Shown piece by piece: positions 9,657-15,121 of a stretch of 15,121 bases of DNA (its first letter is position 1; every line of letters starts with the position of its first letter). The notes under the pieces were generated by a model. It was not told the DNA's origin. It saw only the letters and a program-made list of their open reading frames with translations, and did not search any database. The stretch is taken from contig MTSL01000028.1 of NCBI GenBank assembly GCA_002794465.1, positions 1 through 15,121 of the forward strand, read 5' to 3'. The position numbers and the translations under genes are program-made. Source of the stretch: Paramicrosporidium saccamoebae KSL3 (lineage: Eukaryota; Fungi; Cryptomycota).

Positions 9657-9802
9657 GCTGCACAGAACTTGCTACACTCGTGATTGGTGGAGGCTCGGCC
9701 AATAAAACTACTGACGCCAGAGGCTGGCCCCCGTGGTGAACAGCGTAGGGCTGGATATACAAAGGGGCTTGAGCTCATTGTTGATTACCCGCCACCAAGA
9801 AT

Positions 9803-10462
9803 ATGTCGTCTGTTACCTCCTCCTATGAAGACACACTAAGGACACTAAGGACAGGGAAGAACGACTCGTCCCCTTTGAATAACCTGAAGCGGTACATGAC
9901 TTGGGGACAAAACAGTGACTCTCTGCCTTACTCGACAAGCAAAGAGGGTGCAAGTGGGCCCTCTATGTTGTCTTGGCCAACCTGGGGAGCCTCTGGTGCC
10001 AGCCAGGCTACGCCGTTTTATGATACGTTTGGCCTCACTACCATGCAACGATACGCTGCTTTCGGCATGTGCATCCTTGGCGCTGTTTTGCTCTTCTTCC
10101 TGGCCCTCATGCACCTTCCTCTGGTCATACTTCGGCCCTCCAAGTTTGTGGTGCCCTATTGCCTCAGCAACGTTTTGCTCTTCATTAGCTTTGGCTTCCT
10201 TCACGGCTTCTACTCGTACAGCCGACATCTCTTCTCTTCGGAGAAATGGCCATTTTCCACAGCCTTCTTGGGAACAACCTTTGGAACTCTGTATGTGGCA
10301 ATGGTTATGAAGATGTTTGCTTTGACAATACCAATGGCCATCGTCCAACTCATCGCCATGTGTGCCTTTGTTATTAGCTATCTGCCCGGTGGTGCTTCTG
10401 GTATCTCTACCATAGGAGGCTTCGCTACGACTTCCATCCGATCTCGCATGACTGGCTTTTAG
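9803..10462 (+). CDS. SFT2: Vesicle transport protein Sft2 (Got1/Sft2 family, four TM segments)
   Basis: FGLTTMQRYAAFGMC...LRPSKFVVPYCLSNVL...YSRHLFSSEKWPF...YLPGG; hydrophilic N-terminus followed by four hydrophobic segments. Confidence 0.9.
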   Translation: MSSVTSSYEDTLRTLRTGKNDSSPLNNLKRYMTWGQNSDSLPYSTSKEGASGPSMLSWPTWGASGASQATPFYDTFGLTTMQRYAAFGMCILGAVLLFFLALMHLPLVILRPSKFVVPYCLSNVLLFISFGFLHGFYSYSRHLFSSEKWPFSTAFLGTTFGTLYVAMVMKMFALTIPMAIVQLIAMCAFVISYLPGGASGISTIGGFATTSIRSRMTGF

Positions 10463-10599
10463 ATCAAAACTACAGTGGCCGATAAGGATATCCTAGTAAA
10501 TAAAGTTATGACAGAACTCTTTAGTCAGTTGGCTAGCTATATGCTATGTTTGTGCTTTTGTGCTTGTGTTTTTGTGCCTTTGTGTTGTCGCGTTTTTGC

Positions 10600-11070
10600 T
10601 CATGCACTCGGCTCCAAAATGAAAAATTGGGGGAGTGGTCTCGTAATATCAACCTTTTCGAAACGCATATCCTTGCATATTCCGTCACGAACTTGGACAT
10701 GCACGTTGTCCTTCACGTAACTTGCTGTGAGAGAGTCCAACTGAACCGGAGAATGAATATCAACCACAAAGGATATTGCCACGGCTGGCTCGCTATCGTC
10801 GGCTCCGCAGTATAGCCCAATAACCGATCCTCCCTCTGCAAGTCGGATAAGCGCCGACCGTACCGTTACTGGCGCACAGCCTTGGGCACTCTTGAATAAG
10901 GTTATGGGGTCCTTGGTGGTCAGCTCGTTAGAGAAGCAGACTGCGGTTGTGCCAGTGGCATGTTCGCTGGGAAATAGCTCAAAATCCATCGTAGTATCTG
11001 AAAGAGGCTTTGACATGACAGTATATATCCAAATGGTAGCTAGAAGGATGCCGAGTGTCAAAGTGACCAT
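10600..11070 (-). CDS. Hypothetical secreted or membrane-anchored protein, 156 aa
   Basis: ATG-initiated ORF filling the gap between SFT2 and GLE1. Hydrophobic N-terminus MVTLTLGILLATIWIYTVMS, four Cys, globular-looking composition. No family recognised. Confidence 0.6.
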   Translation of the reverse strand: MVTLTLGILLATIWIYTVMSKPLSDTTMDFELFPSEHATGTTAVCFSNELTTKDPITLFKSAQGCAPVTVRSALIRLAEGGSVIGLYCGADDSEPAVAISFVVDIHSPVQLDSLTASYVKDNVHVQVRDGICKDMRFEKVDITRPLPQFFILEPSA

Positions 11071-11168
11071 ACGCTACGGCAAAATGCTCGACGGTCCAAT
11101 TAGATCCCCGCTATCTATAGCAGCCATAATTCTGATTGGACAGTAAAAGCAGGCCTATGCGAGGCTCG

Positions 11169-12652
11169 CTACCTAAGAAGAACAGAGCCTTCTGGGATGG
11201 AAAGAGATGGCGGTTCCTTCTGAAAATAATCGGCTACGTATAGTTCAAGACGGGTTCTGGCAGCAACGGATCCCGAGGGGATCATGGACAAATAGCGCTC
11301 AGCCAGAAACTTCATAATTTTTTGAAAGGCAGGATAGACCCGATTCAATTCATACCCAGCGCTCTAAAACTTAATAGTAAAGCTCTATAGTTTACCTCCA
11401 GAAATGAGCATATAAGATAGGGCGTAATGGGCTGTGGATGGATGTTGAGCACACTGGCCATCCATAGCCAGGCATTAGAAATTCCGTAGGGTGAATCTCC
11501 TCCCAAGTAAGGCTTCGCTTGGACAATAGCACCGTAAAGGCATAGAGTCCCCGCCATCCTCTCTGTATAAGTCTGCTCTCCTTCCAAAACCCCGTCTATC
11601 AGCAGGTACCCCATGGCAAGTTTGTGGTCCTGGACACTCTGATCTTGTTGTCGGGGAATATAGTGCGGCACTGCATAAGGGCATCTCTTCATCATCATGT
11701 AGATGAGCACCGGAATCAAGTTTTTTTGCGACACGCTTAAATCAACAACAACCTGAGCAATTGGAAACGCAGATGGAGAGTGGAGCGAAACTTGCGTCTC
11801 TGCCTGCTCCACCAGCTTGTTTGCGGTCACAACGATACAATAATTCAAAAGATCCGTGCCATTGCGTTTCCACGCATCCCCGTAGACACTTCGAAGACCA
11901 TGGACTACATTCACCACCTGTTCTCGCGAGTTGGAGATTTGGACAATTCTTCGGTTGATATTCATCCGCAATTTTCGACACATGTCCTTTATCACTGCAC
12001 TCTGGTCCCCATCTATGCGTCTCCAAGAGTCCAATATTGGGCGCGCCAATGTCTGGATTTCTTCAAATCTTTTGATTGCCGTAGGTCGGCCGTCGTTTGG
12101 GTCGGGGGTTGGCAGTTTCTGTGGCACACCCTCGGTTGAGATTGGAGCTGACATCAAGGAAGGAGTTGGCTCGGGATTTGTCTTTAAAGATTCTCTCTCT
12201 TTCAAAACTAACCGAATCTCGCGAAGAGCATCAATACGTCTCTCAAGACCTTGCTGTTGCTGCAAAAACGAGTCAGAAAGACCACCGGACACATCTTCCG
12301 ATGCTGATGGCCTACGCAGTTCCGATATACCAATGGCCCAAGCCTCTTTCTTGTGCTGTAGTACTGCCTCAGCTCTTCCAATCAGCTTTTGGCAGCTAAC
12401 TATCGTCTCATCCCATTTATCTCGATAGTCTGTTTCTTCTCTTCGCCATGCATTTGATGTGCTCGCCTGCCAACGCGGAACCTCAAACGAATTGCTTTCA
12501 AACTCGGTCACGCTAGTCGTCTTGGTCTTCGGTTGCTTCAAATCCCAATTCTTCACGCAATGCTTTCCAGCATCCCATGTGACTCGAAAAGTCCCTGTGG
12601 AGCTAGTCCGTGGCCAGTCGTCTGAATCCTCTAAAAGTCCAAAACTTGGCAT
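11169..12652 (-). CDS. GLE1: mRNA export factor / nucleoporin Gle1, about 483 aa
   Basis: Exon 1 12652-11396, intron 11395-11364, exon 2 11363-11169 (SAGYELNRVYPAFQKIMKFL...AARTRLELYV). Gle1 motifs: INRRIVQISNS, KLVEQAETQV, SAFPIAQV, KRCPYAVPHY, YTERMAG, NAWLWMASVLN, ICSFLE. Confidence 0.92.
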
Positions 12653-12687
12653 TTTAAGTAATTAGATTAGTCGTTTCCAGGTCTACT

Positions 12688-13165
12688 ATGTCTGGCCGCC
12701 GTCCGAACCAGCGGTACTACTGCACGTCCCCTCCGTAATATAGCCTTTCCAGATACCCAGCAAATGATTACGGGGTTGTAGGTTCAAATCAGAGCGAAGA
12801 TTCGCGCGAGTTGCTGTCGGGCGAAAGGGAGAACGATGAAAGGCTTAACCAACTGCACTCTCAAGTTTCAACTTTGAGGAATGTAAAGGGCGCCATCACA
12901 CGTATTTACTTTATAGATTACAATTGAAATTGGGAATGAAGTTAGAGACCAGAACAAACTTATTGACGGAATGGTACTAGGTGATTATATTGGAGGCTGT
13001 AGCATTTAGGGGCTAGATTTTGATCGAGCAGGCTCCCTCCTCTCACAGACAATGCAGCGGCTGGTGGCATTAACTGAGACCGAAAAAGGAAGGAGTTATC
13101 TCCTCTACTCTGCGCTATTCTTTGCCTTCATTTTTGCCCTATTGTTTATTAAAGCCATGTTTTAA
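12688..13165 (+). CDS. BET1: ER-Golgi Qc-SNARE Bet1/Bet1L-like, about 125 aa
   Basis: Not in the ORF track. Exons 12688-12713, 12744-12882, 12917-12973, 13010-13165; introns 12714-12743, 12883-12916, 12974-13009. Spliced product ERENDERLNQLHSQVSTLRNITIEIGNEVRDQNKLIDGMGLDFDRAGSLLSQTMQRL is a SNARE motif, followed by a C-terminal TM anchor. Confidence 0.88.
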
Positions 13166-13254
13166 GTGCTAGGCCTGTTCATAAATATAGAGTTTGTATA
13201 CCATTCATGTAAGCCACGATTGCATATGTCAAGTATGAAAAATATCTCGACATA

Positions 13255-13345
13255 TTTATCTCTTTGGTGTATTTATCTCTTCGGCGTAGTTATCTCTTTG
13301 GCGTAGTTATCTCTTTGGCAAGTCTATCTCTTCATCTCTTCGGCA
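13255..13345. repeat. 17-bp tandem repeat (KTTATCTCTTYGGCGTA), four units plus two partial
   Basis: Units at 13255, 13272, 13289 and 13306, then partial TATCTCTTC and ATCTCTTCGGCA. Confidence 0.9.
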
Positions 13346-13364
13346 CTCCGGGGCTCTTAAATTA

Positions 13365-13928
13365 ATGGAGTATCCATCGGAAGGTGAAGCCTTGCCGTCC
13401 AGGACAAAGTTGTGGAAGCTGCGCTTTGTGCCGAGTATGCAAAAGTTTATTGTGGATTCCCATTACGGAAAAATCTCGCAGACTATCGGTCATTCACAAG
13501 ACGGTACCTACTACTTGAGCATCCCAGAAGCACTGTATCTTTTGGAGCACGAACGTGCCGTGCTGGATGACAATTCAACATATGACGTCGTTGCTGATAG
13601 TAAATTCACCAAGGAAAGTGACAGACGGATGCAAGCGTACTCAAAGCTAAAGAACCTCGGCTATATTTTAAGTAACACTTGCGAAGAGGCCTGGAGTGTT
13701 CATTCGCCGGTTGCCACGTTTCGAAAATCTGATCCGACAGAGCCGCTCGCTTCAATCTCGACGGCCGATCCAAATGACCCGGTTCCAACCTGCAATGACT
13801 CATCGTTTTACTATATTTCTGATTTATCCTCAAAATTAATATTAGAGCTGAGATGGACAGAAATGAATCCAAATGATGACGACGTCCTGCACCAGTTTTC
13901 GTTTTCCTGCGACGAAGCTATTATTTAA
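13365..13928 (+). CDS. TSEN54: tRNA-splicing endonuclease subunit Sen54-like, minimal form (187 aa)
   Basis: F.P....IV..HYGKISQTIGHSQDGTYYLSIPEALYLLE and AYSKLKNLGYIL resemble the Sen54 N-terminal domain. WSVHSPVATFRKSDPTEP resembles the Sen54 C-terminal P...FKKS.P motif. Confidence 0.72.
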   Translation: MEYPSEGEALPSRTKLWKLRFVPSMQKFIVDSHYGKISQTIGHSQDGTYYLSIPEALYLLEHERAVLDDNSTYDVVADSKFTKESDRRMQAYSKLKNLGYILSNTCEEAWSVHSPVATFRKSDPTEPLASISTADPNDPVPTCNDSSFYYISDLSSKLILELRWTEMNPNDDDVLHQFSFSCDEAII

Positions 13929-14353
13929 CTTTTTTGGCCTTGCTAGGACCTGAGGTCACTCGGTCATCGGTAGCCAGTAAAGCCGTGCCTGTGACTATTA
14001 GTACTGCCCCTACGAACCAGGACAATTTCAGATGCTCCGAAAATATCAAGCTACCAGCGCACGCCTGAAAGTAATGTTAGCTAAACCCAAAACATTACTG
14101 TTGTCAGAAAGTTGCTTGCCAAACTGATGCTGCCAGCAATTGTTGCCGATGACGCAGTAGCAAGAGCCAGCGTGAATGCGTACCACATGCAGAGATTTGC
14201 TAGTAACACTCCAGTAAAAAGTGAGATGCGCGTTAGATTCCCAGAAAGACTAATAGTTTCAGTTCCAAACAGCACAAGTTCTTGGTAGCTGAGAAGCTTG
14301 GCCAATATTGATCCAACGGCACCCAATATACCGGCTGAAACCGCGGCAAGCAT
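13921..14353 (-). CDS. TMEM42-like small multi-pass membrane protein (DMT/EamA-like), about 132 aa
   Basis: Exon 1 14353-14099, intron 14098-14065 (GTAATG...GCTAAC...TTTCAG), exon 2 14064-13921. Motifs: A..AG..GA..S..AKL, NLCMWYAFTLAL, ASNFLTT, IFSE.L...WFVGAVLIVTG. Ends in KKVK, a KKxx-type ER retrieval signal. Confidence 0.78.
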
Positions 14354-14371
14354 TACACAGCTCTAAAAGAT

Positions 14372-15058
14372 TTATTTTTTCTTCCCTTCCTTCAACGTAA
14401 TTGTTTCACCTCCAACGAATATCCCCTTTCCATTATACGGTTCTGGTTTTCTGTATGACCTGATCTTTGCGGCAAACTGAGTAACTTTGTGATAATTAGT
14501 TCCGGACAAGATAATTCTAGTGGAAATCGGAGTCGCCGCTGTAACACCATCTGGGATGGGCAATAACACTGGATGTGTGTATCCGACTTTAAGACTCACC
14601 GAATTCTTTTCAACTGAAGCTTTGTATCCAACACCGACTAAGCGAAGTGGGACCTGGTAGCCCTAATCGTTGTGAATAAGATATACAGTGGCCTCGCTTA
14701 CCTCTTTTACTCCCTCAACGTACTGGCGCAGAGTTGAAGTTGTGGTGCCCCACATTGCTTTTACAAACTTTTTGCAATACTTGGACATTTTAGAAAATTC
14801 CGTATCGTCCACTGCAACTTTTAATACACTCTCATCGGGAATCACGCCCGCTTCTAAGGAAACCTTTAGGCCACGATGAATGGGAAAGTCAAGGCTTCCC
14901 AAAGGCCCTGTGACACGAACCATGTTGGATACAGCAGTTTTCCCAAAAGCAATTTGACCGGTTCCTTTTTGCGGTATAATCTGTATTGCCACGCTTGGTT
15001 CAACTGTAATCGGTTGTCTCCCAACATGAGACCAGCGGCGAATTACAGCCGACAGCAT
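14372..15058 (-). CDS. MRPL6: Mitochondrial ribosomal protein uL6m, about 215 aa
   Basis: Exon 1 15058-14702, intron 14701-14663, exon 2 14662-14372. Presequence-like MLSAVIRRW, then SHVGRQPI, VTGPLG.L, AMWGTT, GYQVPLRLVGVGYKA, LKVGYTHPV, FAAKIRSYRKPEPYNGKGIF. Confidence 0.95.
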
Positions 15059-15121
15059 TGTACTAAATTCAGCCTTGCACTCGCTTTTAAGTAATCTAAA
15101 TTTTAGATTTTAAAGTTTAAA

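Noticed and set aside
9527-9778. 83-aa minus ORF as a Cys-containing or zinc-finger protein
   Set aside because: No recognisable motif; it overlaps UMP1 out of frame and spans the CCAAT-containing divergent promoter.
10541-10600. TTTGTG(C)-rich low-complexity tract and ORFs 10475-10720 and 10546-10815
   Set aside because: A short degenerate simple repeat in the convergent 3' region; the Cys/Phe/Val-rich translations come from the repeat.
1363-15058. Non-standard genetic code or stop-codon read-through
   Set aside because: All apparent in-frame stops resolve as GT-AG introns, TAA, TAG and TGA all terminate genes, and CTG occurs at conserved Leu positions.
1-15121. Transposon, viral insert or horizontally acquired cluster
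   Set aside because: No transposase, RT or integrase motifs and no terminal repeats or target-site duplications were seen. The genes are functionally unrelated housekeeping loci with a uniform intron style.

Overview
This is a very gene-dense eukaryotic window, not a prokaryotic one. The proteins look fungal or opisthokont, and the style fits a compact early-diverging fungus or a Rozellomycota/short-branch microsporidian (an inference). By splicing the ORF track by hand I reconstruct 14 protein-coding genes: UBL3/MUB-like, NAA15, a bHLH factor, a DEK-C/SWIB protein, a Kre9/KNH-like GPI protein, INTS3, UMP1/POMP, SFT2, an orphan secreted protein, GLE1, BET1, a minimal TSEN54, TMEM42-like and MRPL6. 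There are also two intronless tRNAs, Ala-CGC and Leu-AAG. All 15 inferred spliceosomal introns are GT-AG and 30-39 nt long. Intergenic gaps are often under 40 nt, and one convergent pair of CDSs overlaps. The two widest gaps between same-strand protein genes each hold a tandem repeat with GATA cores (24-bp and 17-bp units). The most notable points are an Integrator/SOSS subunit in a fungal-type genome, a NAA15 that appears to lack its basic ribosome-binding helix, tRNA-Leu wedged between a poly(A) signal and INTS3, and the repeats. I found no mobile element or CRISPR array, and I cannot claim a clearly new multi-gene system. All family assignments are from remembered motifs; no search was run.
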